A stretch of 64,000 nucleotides of DNA from assembly GCA_044892525.1 (NCBI GenBank), contig CM097888.1, positions 81,282,001-81,346,000 on the forward strand, written 5' to 3'. Shown here piece after piece: positions 50,817 to 64,000 of the stretch (its first letter is position 1; each line of letters opens with the position of its first letter). The notes beneath the pieces were generated by a model. It was not told the origin of the DNA and made no database searches. It saw only the letters and a program-made list of their open reading frames with translations. The DNA is from Schmidtea polychroa (Eukaryota). A program made the position numbers and the translations under genes.

Positions 50817-53800
50817 GTTGACCAATATATCAAGTGTTATAAGGAAAGATTGCGGAAGAAATTCGTCAAGAAAACAAGTTTGGCAGAGGATTTACAATCT
50901 GCTATGTCTTATAGACAGACGAGTAAGGAGCCCGATAAATATTTTACTATCATAGACGAGTTAGTCGATAAAATATTGGGGCATGAGTTAAACAAGGAAA
51001 GTTTAACAGAATATCTGCTGGTATACTGTGCAGCCGAGAAGACTTTAAAACGAAAATTATGTCTAAGTGACACCAAAGAAACAACAGAAGTGAAGAAAAA
51101 CATCAAGAAGTTACACGAATCTCGTATAGTTGCAGAAGAGATCTATGCAGTGAGAGAAAGAAGGCCAGAACAGAATATGCTGACTCCCAAATTATTAATT
51201 ATTATAATAAAAATAAAATATAAAGTATTATAGAAAAAGATGTGAAAGATACAGAGGTAGCGAAAGAAGAAAATAATGTAATTAGGAAAGTAAACAGATT
51301 CATAAAAAAGGATTTTGCAGAAAAAGAAAGAGACAAAATACAAATACTCACATTAGATGAATGGAAAAATGATATTATTAGTTATGATAAAATGCAAGGC
51401 CAACCAAGTGTAACTATTAGAATACAAGACCAGAAGATGGAATGCTTGCTCGATACAGGCGCTACAGTAAATGTCATGAGTTGGAGCAAATTTGAGAAAC
51501 TTAAAGATGTAAAATTAACAACAACGACTGATACATTGAGATGTGCAAATAATAGTGTTTTAGAAACGAAAGGTAAAGTAATATTAGAAATAGGAATAAA
51601 TGTTTGGAAAAGAAGGGTAAAGTTTACGATAATAAGCTATTAGACTCCAGAGGTAATTGGTGGTATAGTCGCAAAAACAATTTGGTATACAACTAAAGTT
51701 GCCAGTAGAAGAGGTCGAGAAAACGAAGCAAGAGTACATATACAGTATCGCAGCCAATTTTTGGAAGACAATAACAGAGATGGAACGATTTCAAATAGCA
51801 AAGAATACTTTAAAGATAAATAACCCGATACTACTAAACATTATAAAAAAGAATCAAAATGTTTTTATGGCTGATAAATGGGACATTGGCTGCACAAAGC
51901 TGTTGAAGCATAAAATAGAAACTCAAGGAAAACCGATAAATATTAAACCTTGGAGACAACCAGTCAACTTAGAAGGTAAAATAGATAAAGCGATAAAAAC
52001 TTATGGGTAAAACAATATTATCAAAAAGTGTAATTCACCATGGAACACTCCATTAATATGCTCCTGGAAGAAAGAAAATCAAGATATCAGGTCTTGATTT
52101 CAGGCAATTAAACCTAGTAACAGAGAGACAGGCGTTCCCTATGCCGAATATAGCAGAGATGTTAGCGAAATTGGGTGGAGCAAAGTATTTCAGTTCGATA
52201 GATCTTGGAAATGCAGATTATCAAGTAGAACTAGAAGATAATCAAAGTTAAAAACGGCGTTTTCAACCAAATCAGGTCAATACTGTTTTAACAGAATGTC
52301 ATTTGGAATAGCAGTGGCACCAAGTACATTTCAGGAACTGATGGGAAAAGTATTAATGGGTGCGAGATATGCAGCAGTATACCTAGACGATATTTTGATA
52401 TTTACAGAAACGATCAATCATCACTACGAAGTTTTAAATGAAGTGCTGGATAAAATTGGGAAGGCGGGTCTTAGTGCCATATCCTTAAAGAGGAAGTTAA
52501 ATTTTTAGTCCACATAATCAACAAAGATGGAATACGGACCCATCAAAGCTTGACGCGATTAAATCATCTGAAAAGTCAAAATGTGTTAAGAATCTGAGAA
52601 GCTTCCTAGGAATATTTAATTAATACAGAAGATTTTTAAGGGAATACGCAAAAAAGGCAAGAGTTTTAGAAGAGCTATGCGGGTTAAACAACCAAAAATC
52701 AATTTGGACTGACGGATGCAACATCGCATTCGAAAATAGGAAAAATGCTTTAATGTCCTCACCTATTCTAGGGTTTCCAGATTTCGAAAGAGAATTCATT
52801 CTAGATACTAATGCGAGTTTTGACACGATTGGAGCAGTATTATCACAGAAAGACGACAACGGGTGCGAAAAGGTTATAGCATACGGTTCTCATGCAATGA
52901 GCAATCATGAAAAGGGAAAAAGGATATATAACAAGGAAAGAGTTGCTGGCAATCTATTATTTTTGCCAACACTTCAATTATTAATTATATGGAAAACGGT
53001 TCATTTTGAGAACAGACCACAAGGCTAACACGTTTTTGTCATCCACAAAGAAACCAATAACAACGCAATTTCAGACATGGATTAACTACCTCAGTAGCCT
53101 GGATATTAAAATAGAGTATAGAAAAGGTACGAATCATGCAAATGCAGATATGTTGTCAAGGAGTACATGTGGAACATGCACACAATGTTTATTGGCACAC
53201 GAAGACGTGAAAGTGGAAAGAATGAAAACCGGAAGAATAAACACGAAGGAAAAAGCTGAAGATTATAAGTGGCAAAAAGATAATACAGAAATAGAACAAA
53301 TAAAAAAGGAAATAGCACAGGGTTCAAGTTAAAAATTTATACTGGTAGACAACGTGTTGAAAACTATAGAGGGTAAGATATGGATACCTAGAGACAAAAG
53401 ACAAGAAATGATAAAGAGTCTGCATATTTTGCAATCACACGCAGGAGCAGAAAAGGTGACAAAATATGTAGCGGACAATTACGATATGGGAGACATAAAA
53501 GAATCAGTAAAAGAAATAATTGGACAATGTGAGGCATGCCAAAGAACGAAAGTTGTGACAACAAAGATGAAGGAAGAGACAATAAAACTGACGGCAGAGG
53601 AGCCATTGGAGAAAGTGTACATTGATATATGTGACCCATTACAGGAAACATTTAGAAAGAAAATATATATAGTCGCAATGATTGATCAATTTAGCAGATA
53701 TATCTCTCTTACTGCTGTCGCTAAACAGGATGAAGAAACGGTGAAGGAAACAATACTACAAAAATGGATTCTTAGATTTGGAGCACCAAAGGAAATTCAC

Positions 53801-54593
53801 ACAGATTGTGGAAAAGTATTTGAATCTAAGACGATGAAAGATTTCACAAAATCAAGTCCATACCACCATAATGCAAATGATGTGATAGAACGTCAATTCA
53901 CGACAATAAGAGACTATTTAAATGCACCATTAAAAGAAAGAAGTAGAACAGATTGGGCAGAGATCATACCAGAGATTGAATTTACCATGAATGCAACATT
54001 TCAGAAATCAATAGGGCGAAGTCCCACAGAACTAATATTTGGAAGAAAAATAGCTCTAGAATAATTTCATAGTAAGCGCCGTTTTCACAAAAAGAAGACA
54101 CACGAGAAACAACGCAAACAAAAAGATCATTCAATATTGGAGGTGAGGTTCTGGTAAAAGTCGAATCAAGAACGAAAGACAAGGTAAGATACGAAGGGCC
54201 ATACAGAATAATGCAGAAGATCCATGATCGCCGATATCTCCTACAAGACCAAAGTGGGAAAATGCTTCAAAGAAATGTTGAAAAGATAAAGAAATTTCTT
54301 AAAGAAGGGGATGTGAGGTGTTTTCAGCTGAGAATAAAATATTTCAATGATTTATTAAAATAATTTTAAATGATAAATAATTGACTATTTAAAATAACTT
54401 TTAAAAACATTTTTAAATTGAATTTTTTAAATTGAAATTTTTAAATCTTGAAATTAAAAAATTAAACAAAAAAGTAAATCATTTTTAAATAAATATATTT
54501 TAAATATCAAAATTTTAATAAATGGTTTTTGAAATATTTTATTCAACGCTGAAAATTTGTTTGGAAATTATACAATATTTCATTAAATAAATA

Positions 54594-56634
54594 CATTAAC
54601 GATTCACAAAAGGCAACTTCGCAAAAAGAAACTTTTCACAAAAAGAAACTAACGTAAAGAAACTTTTTTTGATTCAAATTAAAAAAGTGATTCAATAAAA
54701 GGAACTTTTGAAAATTTTGCTTTGTATATTTTGTTTAACGTAAATGTTTAACATTGCTAAATTTTCAAATAACTTTTGATTTACGTTAAATTTATTATAC
54801 CTGAGGTATTGCACTGTTAATGAAGCTATATAGTATGTACTATAAAATTCAATTTTAAACATTAAATATTCAAAAATAGCATTTGTTAGGCCCGCTATGA
54901 ATAAAAGAAAACAGAAACTAACAATTGAGGATAAATGTAATATCCTGACTGCATTGGAAGATGGTACCAAAGCCAACAATATTTGCGCACAATACGGTGT
55001 GAATAAAAGTACAATTTCTAAGATCAGAAATAACAAAGAAAACATAAAAGAATTTGCAAAGAATTCTATCCAGTCTACGAACAAAATTAAGAGAATTTCT
55101 ACAGTTAAATTTCCAGATATTGAAAAGGCCCTTTATCAGTGGTTTTTAAATGAGACACTCAAGCATAACATAATTAACGATGATATGCTTAGAATCAAAG
55201 CGCTAGAATTTCACCGTGATTTGAACTCTGACATTTTGTTTTCAGGCAGTCACGGTTGGATTCAAAAATTTAAAAGACGGCATTCAAATTCGAATCCTCA
55301 AAATTTGCGGAGAAAAATTATCCGCTAATGATTCTGCTGTACCTGCATTTATTGAAAATTTTAAGACGAATATTCAACGGCTAGGATTGCGACCTGAGCA
55401 AATATACAACGCAGATGAAACTGGATTAATTGTCAAAAATTTGAATTCCAAAACTTTAGTAACCAATCAAGAAAAATCTGCACCAGGTAGAAAATCCAGC
55501 AAAGAACGGATTACTGTAATGGGGTGTGTGAATGCAACTGGACAGCATAAACTACCCTTGATGATTATTGGGCGATCTAAAAATCCACGCTGCTTCAAAA
55601 ATACGACTTTACCTAGCATGCACTACCACTCATCAAAAAATGCGTGGCAAACAGGAGCGCTGTTTAAAGAATGGTTCCATGACGTATTTGTGCCAGAAGT
55701 TAAAAGAAATTTGATGCAGAAAAACTTACCTTTGAATGCGATTCTTCTGCTGGATAATGCCAGCTCCAATTGTTGTGGGGAAGAATTGAAATCGAGTGAT
55801 GGAAACATTTCGGTTATATATTTTCCTCCAAACACAACAGCGTTATTGCAACCACTCGATCAAAATATTATAAGATCACTAAAAACGTTGTACCGCAAGA
55901 AACTCTTACTCAGTTTATTGTCTCACAATAATCAAAATTTAGACGAAAAATTAAAGCACGTTACATTGAAAGAAGTTGTTTACATGGTGGTGGAGGCATG
56001 GAATGAAGTTAATATTCAAACAGTCAATTCTAGTTTTAAGCATCTGTTCTGCTCAGTTGATGAAATAATTTTTAATTTGCCACAGAATCACTTTTTAGAA
56101 GAGGACGAAATTCCATTAATAGAACTTTACCACCATGTAGTTCCAGGAGATAATATGAATGACGAGCAGATATTGAATTGGGCAAGAGGAAGTAACGAAA
56201 TGTCAAGATCATTAATTACCGAGGGCGAAATAATTGAAAATATTAATATGGATGATGCAGACAATTGTGGTGATTTTTCAAGCCCTGATGTTGACATTGC
56301 ACTCAGGAGCGTAAATGTAACTCTTAATGGGGCCGAATCTAATTTATCCATTTCTGATATATTGTTTCTTCGCAATATCAGAGACAAAATAACTTTAAAG
56401 AAGATTATGAACTAGTGTTTTCTACAATAAAAGTTTGTTTTCGTTATATATGCTATTTCTAATTGCTTAGTGATAAATATAAAATAATATTTACTTTAAA
56501 ATGTACTTAGAAATTGTTGTTTTTGCACACAAAATAGAATTGTACACTAAATTCACAAAAATAAACTTTTTACAGAAAAAGAAACTTTTTTTGAATTTTG
56601 TGTCAAAGAAGTTTCTTTTTCTGAATCTTCACTG
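54594..56634 (+). mobile_element. Tigger/pogo DNA transposon, 2041 bp, near-intact
   Basis: TIRs CATTAACGATTCACAAAAGGCAACT / AGTTTCTTTTTCTGAATCTTCACTG; TA TSD. CENP-B HTH plus DDE (YNADETG, LLLDNA, QPLDQ) from 54897 to 56415 with a single extra base near 55283. Confidence 0.95.
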
Positions 56635-57014
56635 TACTTGGAATTATGACGTTAACTTTTGAACCGGATTTAAAAAATAATTTAGAAGATGTGTGCTTCT
56701 AATAATCTGTTTAATGCTTGCATCGTTTTTTCGATTTATTTTATCCTCCATTGTCATTTGACATAAACGTCTTCATGTTCTGCAGAGATTTCAGAATTGC
56801 TATTTACGTGTATTTTATGTCCCAATCTAGAAATAGTGCCGGTGTTCAAATTCTTTATACCTTTCCTGTACTCAATATTTATTGGGGAATTCTAAAATCT
56901 ACTCAAAGAAATTATTTAATTCAAAATTTCCTAAAAGTTTTTTCAATTCAAAATCTACCCAAAAAATAAATAAAATTCTTAGTTTACTTGAAAAAGGCAG
57001 TGCCGAAAATTTGT

Positions 57015-57120
57015 GAATATCAAAAACATCGATATATTTACTGATTCATAGTCAAGCTTTTTAATGAATCGAATGGAAAAGAAATCGGTGTTAAATTTGG
57101 AAAAAAAGTCCTTTTAATAA
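57015..57120 (-). repeat. Penelope pLTR fragment
   Basis: ATCGATATATTTACTGATTCATAGTCAAGCTTTT..AATGGAAAAGAAATC is the reverse complement of 29900-30000. Confidence 0.7.
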
Positions 57121-57299
57121 ATCAAATTAAATTTAGAAATTGATATTTTGAAAGCCTGCATATGCAAATTGACATAATGGTCGAAAACACAGAGTGAGTA
57201 AGAAATTGAAAAAGAGTTAAAGTTGTATAAAAGGAGCCAGAAGAATTTCTATTTAAACTAAATAAGATCTAAATTCTGTTTGAAGCAGTTTTCCTGATA

Positions 57300-57900
57300 G
57301 CCACCTGTTCCGATTATCATGCAAAAGATTTAATTGTATCAGTAAAAATTGTAACGGTTATGATTTGTAGAGTTGGTTTATTGTATTGGGCTTTTATTCT
57401 GATCGAGAGAACGAAGAGTAAGATTATAAACTCTATCCTGCGGAATAATAATTATAAATCAACATAATGTTTGGGGGAAGACAGACGGATTATGACTTTT
57501 GGATACATAGAAAGCCTTTAACGTATACATAAAAAGGTTGAATGTGATGATATCGAAAGGATGCTGCACATAAGACAATATATGGCAAAAGAATCTTTAA
57601 ACCTAATCGAATATTGGGGATATTCTGCAGAAGCCTATAAGCTAGCAATAGAAAGCTGGATAGACAATATGGAGGAGATTAACGAAAATAGTTGGCAATC
57701 ATATATTAGATTGAGAAATTTCGACCAATCCAGATATTTACTCAACAGTCTTGTCAACGATGATTGAAGGAATTAATTTCTGTTGGAATGTAGTGAGTAG
57801 TGAGGGTAGAAAGTGGTTGAAAAGTATTGGTATGACCTATTGCCAAGCTGTTCCATATCGAGAATAATGAATTGAGAGAGTTAGTTGTTAAAAATTCCGA
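57300..57900 (+). mobile_element. BEL/Pao relic (gag DUF1759 and pol end)
   Basis: RQYMAKESLNLIEYWGYSAEAY; (R)PIAKLFHIE. Confidence 0.6.
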
Positions 57901-58228
57901 GTTATGTCAAGAGAGGAGAATGATCAATTTTTAAAAATATAAATTTCTTTTTTTCCTTTTTATTTTTCTTTACATAAATATTTTTTTATGTTCATTTTCT
58001 GAAATTTTCGTTTTTATTTTTTTGGGAAATCAAATTTATCTGGCAGACGAGGAACAAAATGAATTCTTTTCTAATTTAAATTGGCTTTCAATAATAAATG
58101 ATGCGAGCTTTCAAATTGAAGTAGATGAACTCATAATAATTGAAAATAAAGAGCGAAAATTTGAAACAAATTTATTATACGACGATCCGATTAACATGCG
58201 CGTCCGCAGGAATTTTCCCAATGGGAGA

Positions 58229-59188
58229 TGTGAGGAGTTAAAATTAAAATGTTAAATTAAAATTATTTCATGATTAAATTTTGTAAAATTAAAAGTGAAA
58301 CTTAAATTATGTGAAATATATTAGAATTAAAATGGTTTAAAATTAAAAAGAATATTTTTGGAATATATTTGGAAGGAAAATCAACAGAATGAAATGGTAC
58401 ACGAATAAAGGAATAAATAGAGAGGATATGGAAAAGCGAATAGAGGATAAAACACTAATAACAAACGGAAGCAAAACAGTAAGAAACTTCGAAATGGGAG
58501 ATATGGTTTTGATCAAACAAGAAGTTAGAAATAAAGACTATAGTGAATACAAATATAACAGTGATTAATATTTTATTTGATAAGATGATTGAGAGGTGCT
58601 TCAGTTTTTTGCTACTTCTGTCTGTGCTTCTGCATTTTTAAAAAGAGACTCTACTTTTGTTTCCAGTTATTTAAACAAATTTAATTCAAATAAATTAAAT
58701 TAAATATTCAAATATATGGTGGAGGAACTACAAAGACGAAGCAAAGTGGGAAGGGCCGTACAAAGTGATAAAGAAAATACATGAACGGAGCTATTTACTT
58801 AAAGATCAAAATGGAAGACGGTAGTTAGAAATGTTGAGAAGATCAAACATTTTAAAAAAGGGGGATGTGAGGGGTTAAAATTAAAATGTTAAATTAAAAT
58901 TATTTCATGATTAAATTTTGTAAAATTAAAAGTGAAACTTAAATTATGTGAAATATATTAGAATTAAAATGGTTTAAAATTCAAAAGAATATTTTAATAT
59001 TAATTTTGAAATAAAATAATTTTTAATAAAATTGCAATTCAAGTATAAATGTGGTATGTTTATAAAAAGACAATGTCCCAAGAATATTTGTTTATATAAG
59101 CAGATTTTTTATGAAATAGAATTTTGGATATTTTTAGACTTAGTAATTTATTTGATGACAGAGGAACTGAATGTTATAGCTTCTAACA
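58229..59188 (+). mobile_element. Ty3/Gypsy remnant: truncated LTR, integrase tail, PPT and full LTR (58866-59188)
   Basis: Direct repeat 58229-58358 vs 58866-58995; KWEGPYKVIKKIHERSYLL; PPT AAAAAAGGGGGA; LTR TGTGAGG...GCTTCTAACA. Confidence 0.8.
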
Positions 59189-59699
59189 GGGGCAAAAATT
59201 TTTTTTTACCAAATAGACCCTTTTTTCTAGCGGGAAGAGAGTTAAAAAAAAGGCAGGAAGCCTCTTTAAATTAAATACTTTTATTAATTTTTTTTGTCTT
59301 GGGTTTTTCCAAAATTGTTTGAGTGCATCTATTAAAATTTGTTTAAATTAATCGAAAAATGAAATGGTTTGGGAAATCCAGGGGGGAGCAAGTGCCCCCA
59401 CTTGCTGCACCCCCTTACGGATTCCCATGCCGATTAATAAAACAACTCAATATGAGTGAAAGAATTTGAATGTTTCTAGTAATGCACAAAAAAAGAAAAG
59501 AAATTACAAATTGAAACAGCGAAATTAGATGGCGAATTTGAGATATAAACACGACATATACTAATGGATTATGAAGTCAATTTATTCTGAAACATATAGT
59601 ATTTTTATGCAGTAACGGTGCGATATCAAAATCCGGACAAATTAACAAAACATATTAACGAATCCCCAGAAAAAGGCGAATAAACCATTTATCCATGAA

Positions 59700-60660
59700 A
59701 TAATTTGTCAATATGTGCAACAAAGTACATACAGCAATTTTAAATGTCAAACAACTGATCGAGGACCACTTGTGCAGATTGTTCGTAGAAATTTTCAGAT
59801 AGTTTTAAAGTCATTCTGCACAACAGTGTCAGACAAATTTTGGATGCATCATTGGATACGGCGTTGCAATTGTTGGAATGAATTTGCATCACAGCAGTCT
59901 CAGTAAATCCCAGCTTTGAGGAGTGCACAATAATTTTCCACATGGTGACACCGGGGAAGGTTTGATTCCTTAAGGACAAATGGAATGTGGAATTCATGAA
60001 GCAGGGACTGTGTTGCTCTTGTGTAATGCACAGAGGCCAAATCAGGCCAAAACATGATATTGTCTGCACTGTGGAAATGGTTAATGAATGACAATAATTT
60101 GGTACGAATACAGTACGAATACACTGTTTGGACGAGGTAAGAAAACAGGATTACTCACCATTTTTCAGTGATTCATATCCAGACCATCAGCTGAACAGAA
60201 AACTTTCGTTCAGTACGAAATTTGATGCCATCTAGTGCATAGGCAATGTCAGGTGCATAAAGATTGTCATTCCCGGGGATGAAGTCACATTTAAATTTAA
60301 AATAGGACTCATCATCAATGTTCCCTCTAAGCCATAAGCAGCAGTGCGCGCAAAGTCAGCTGCGCTGAGCAGCCTTTAAATACAAATGAGCGTCAAAATG
60401 CTATAACGTGGTTTTAAGAGTTTTAAAACGACACTGTATTCTATAACTGTAGCGACTATGTTGAAAACTAAGTAGATATCCGGTCTTCGCTGCTGGTGGT
60501 CCATTTACATCGACAATTTCCGTGTGCTTTTTACTAGGAACAACTGCCATGAAACGGTTGAATTAAATATACTGCGCTGAAAATAATTTTGCTGCGCGCG
60601 CGCGCACGCGTGCAGCTTTGAGGGAACGTTGCTCATCATCCATTATGATAATTTAATATC
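59700..60660 (-). mobile_element. Tc1/mariner (ITmD37E-like) transposase relic
   Basis: IIMDDESYF...FWPDLASVHY...VENY: the FWPDLAS.HY motif is typical of DD37E-type elements. Split by a MITE. Confidence 0.7.
60316..60631. mobile_element. hAT-derived MITE, 316 bp
   Basis: TIRs CAATGTTCCCTCTAAG / CTTTGAGGGAACGTTG; perfect TSD CTCATCAT; GCGC subterminal repeats. Confidence 0.92.
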
Positions 60661-61126
60661 ATATAATTTCAAACAAGTTAATTACAAATAAGAAATATAA
60701 ATATACAATTTTCGATTAGTTTTGTGATGAAGAACCATATTTTCAAAATATTAATTTTAAAGGAAAAATGTTTGAAAATGGTCCTATGAAATCACTGGGA
60801 TCTCATAATTTTTATTCTGCAAATAATGAATCTCATTTCGAACAAACTGCCTATTCAAATTTTGTTAATCAGAAATATAATTTTACGATTTTCGATATAT
60901 ATTTATAGTACTTTCTGGTTATCTCCACCTCATCAAAAACGACCAGTCCCCACGTGACCTGTACCCCTAAGGGGCCAAAATACTTTGTCGGATAAACTCA
61001 GACTATATGTAAATGTCTATATGACTATAATTACTTGGCCGATTTAAAAAGATTTTTATAATTGAAACTGTTCATTTTGTGTTGTTTATTATTTTAGTTT
61101 TTGTGTGATTATTTATCTTGACATTC

Positions 61127-61930
61127 TTATCTACATTCTGCTGGAATAGTTTTCTGAATTGTCATGTTCATTGTAAATTCAATTTCTGACAAAATCTCCT
61201 CCCAATCTTTTATCAATTGGTTTTTAAAAAAAGCAAACTTGTAGGCTCGAATTGCTCTGAATTGTCTTTCTATCAATCTGTTAGTACTATGATGATATTT
61301 ACAGGAATATCGTAATGTAATATCATATTTATAAGCAAGCTCTTTAAGATTACAAGATTCGAATCTTTTCTCACAATCTAATACCCTGGGAACACCGAAT
61401 TCCAATATCTAGTGCTTTTTGTCTGACGGAACGCTCCGGAACGGCGTTCCGGCACCTTTTTTCGCTGAATGATTTTAAAAAATTGACATATGTTTTGGTT
61501 TTTTGTCATATTTCTATTTCTGACATTTCAAATAGTCAATTAAAATCAAATCCTTCGCATTATGTTGATTTATGGTTACCTCGAGGAAGACATTCTGCTG
61601 TAGACACTAAGAGCAAGGAAAGAAGTCGAGATGATTTGTCTGAGGAAAATTGGAAAAAATTATGGAATTTGCTCTAAACAACTTTACGATTTCATTTTTT
61701 TTTACATTTTTTCTACATTATAAAATTTATCGGTAATAAGTTACTAATAACTAATAAATGTATATTTTGTTTCCTGCATAATTATTTTATTTGTTAGCTA
61801 ATTTCAGCGTCAATTTTTTGCATATAAAGGATAGTACAGATACGTTCCGGCACTTTTTTTCCAGAAAAAAAGCACTGCCAATATCTATTCTTTCATTAGT
61901 AGTTTAGTTATTTATTTCTCTATTCATTAA
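61127..61930 (-). pseudogene. Ty3/Gypsy integrase core relic (split by a MITE)
   Basis: ILEFGVPRVLDCEKRFES..YHHSTNRLIERQFRAIR..DWEEILSEIEFTMN. Confidence 0.75.
61410..61877. mobile_element. hAT-derived MITE, 468 bp
   Basis: TIRs TAGTGCTTTTT / AAAAAAGCACTG; perfect TSD CCAATATC; GTTCCGG subterminal repeats. Confidence 0.9.
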
Positions 61931-63249
61931 CTGCTTTTAATTATTATTATATTTTTAATGTAATTTTTAAAAAATTGGTTATGAATCAAGTGATTTTTCA
62001 AGTGAAAAAGGAAAAAGACTGCAGAAAATTAGTGAATTTCAATAAAAACAATGAGTGAGTAGTTCCAAGTACGCCGTTCGTCAGTAAACTTCTTGTGGCC
62101 TGTATGGACGATAGTTAGTGAAAAGCGTAAACGTACTTAACGCCCGGTGTCTACATTTGGTACGCAGCCGTGTATCCGTGCCAAGCTTGCAACGTGTAAG
62201 TCGGGCAATCATGGAGCGCCACAGGTAAGAGTAAAATAAGATGGAAAGATCGGGAACTGAGTTCATATTTTCAGTTTGCTCATAGTTCCAAATTCTTATT
62301 ATCGAACACTAAGAGCTAGTCATACTAGTGTTCAGTGGGCCGTGTGGGCAAGCAACTTTTCATTTCTTTAATAATAATTAACTCATAATGAAATTCGACA
62401 ATAAACATAAAATTCACACTTAAACTACGACTTTATCTTTTACTATAGGACACTAAAGACTCATCGCACTAATATCCGGTGGGCGATGTGAGGCGAGTAA
62501 CTAATATCAAATTGACTCAACATAACAATAACAATTACAGCAAAATCCAATTTCTTATTAATCATGACAAAGCTTAGGCAAATACATTAAATAGATTAAG
62601 ACAGATCCCTAGAAGTTTGTTCTAAATGTTGATGATTAATGTAAAGAAATAAATTAATGAAAAAAAGGTCGGATCCCTACTCAAAACTTTAGAGAGATAG
62701 TTTTAAATAACACACTATAAGAAAAAGAGTAAATGAAAATAACAGCAGATCACCGATCAATATTTTAGAAAGATAGTATTGGATAGAGGGGAGAAGCATG
62801 CAGAAGCAAAAGATAGTAAAGAAACAAATGAGTGACATCGCCACCCGTAGGTAAAATACTTTAAGTCCCGTACCGAAGGGTACATTGGAATGTGTATGTG
62901 AACTGTGAAAATATGTTTTATCTTAAACGAATAAATGATGTACTATTGAAGTTCACCCCAGACGGACTGTGGATGAAAGACGTTTAGGTGAACGTATGAA
63001 TACTAAATGATATTTTCGATCTACCCACCATTTATAACTGGACTTGTATCAAAAATTTTGACGTTGCCTTTAACATAAGCACCGGGCTGCATAAAATCAA
63101 TATTATGATCTCGCGACTAGCATCAAGGACATTTGAATGAATGGAATAGCATCGTTCCCCAACACTTGTCCAATCAAAATGTGTAATTATTTTGTATTGA
63201 AACCCTTTTCATTTAATTTTAGTGATAAACCTGATGGAAAATATGTGTG

Positions 63250-64000
63250 CCGATCGAGAAGCTGCACTACGATTGGTAGAAGTGGCAGTTCCTATTCGTG
63301 AGCTAACCCCTGACAATTATTTCCTAGAACACAGCCAGGCCACAGTTTTCTCCAAGCAGAATTGAGAGTTCTCTTGGTGACCCCATTCCAAGCTTTATAG
63401 ATGATTTGTAGACACTTCATGATATGGAAATTATTTTTCCTGAATTCTCGGAGAGTAAGATTTGTTCCTTCAGTTACCTCAAAGCATCGCTGAAATAATG
63501 CTTTTGTATAAAGCTTTTTAAAGTTCGAAAAAATTTGCTGATCCATGGGCTGAAGTAGTGGAGTGGTATTGGAAGGAAAGAACTGCACTTAATAAACTCG
63601 AATTCCTCCAGTAAGTCATCCTCGAGACTTGCAGGATGAGCAGGGGCATTGCCCATAATTAGCAAAACATTAAGTGGCAGATTATTTTCTAAAAGGTATT
63701 TTTCTCTGTAAGACTGAAGACCTCATTGACCCACTCAAAGAACAAGATACTAGTGACCCAAGCTTTGCTGTTGGACCTTTACATAACATTTAACTGACTC
63801 TTCTGTACCTTGCATTTCTTGAAGGGTCGTGGATTCTCGGATCGATACACCAGCAAGAGCTTAATTTTAAAATCCCCGTTTGTATTAAAACAAAACAAGA
63901 GGGTGAGACGGTCTTTCATGGGGTTGTGACCTGGCATTGCATTCTTTTCTATAGTAATGTAAGTCCTCTTTGGCATCTTTTTCCAAAAAAGCCCTGATTC
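63250..64000 (-). mobile_element. Tigger1/TIGD1-like transposase DDE region, decayed, runs off the window
   Basis: MPGHNPMKDRLTLL, L.MGNAPAHP, FFPSNTTPLLQPMDQQI, NSAWRKLWP. Confidence 0.88.

Larger units (their letters stand above)
50234..56704 (+). mobile_element. Full-length Ty3/Gypsy LTR retrotransposon (defective ORFs)
   Basis: 5' LTR 50234-50588; 3' LTR 54312-56704 split by Tigger; 5-bp TSD ATCTG; PBS-like TGTCGACCACG; PPT AAAGAAGGGGA. Contains gag, protease LLDTGA, RT YLDD, RNase H, and integrase (HAG..CEAC, D-D-E). Confidence 0.95.

Overview
Eukaryotic, very AT-rich, repeat-dense metazoan scaffold with two N gaps. Minimal introns of 42-57 bp, (AAT)n/(TA)n tracts and the TE mix suggest a triclad flatworm (inference only). 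Four host genes are supported: spermidine synthase (minus, first 4 exons only), a complete 6-exon fructose-1,6-bisphosphatase (334 aa), an intronless ZMPSTE24/STE24, and a 2-exon PWWP2-like gene only 106 bp downstream of it. The rest is nested mobile DNA: Ty3/Gypsy (one full-length copy with LTRs and TSD), BEL/Pao, Penelope, Tigger/pogo (one near-intact), mariner, Tc1, Merlin, hAT and at least six MITEs. Two things stand out. (1) A BEL/Pao element carries an HSP90 ATPase-domain fragment in both LTRs and a ubiquitin-like domain ahead of gag. (2) An unclassified cassette occurs twice (15.2-17.0 kb plus; 33.0-35.5 kb minus): AT-hook ORF, coiled-coil ORF, then a ~200-nt three-stem RNA-like structure with compensatory base changes. 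All alignments and counts were made by eye; no database searches were run.
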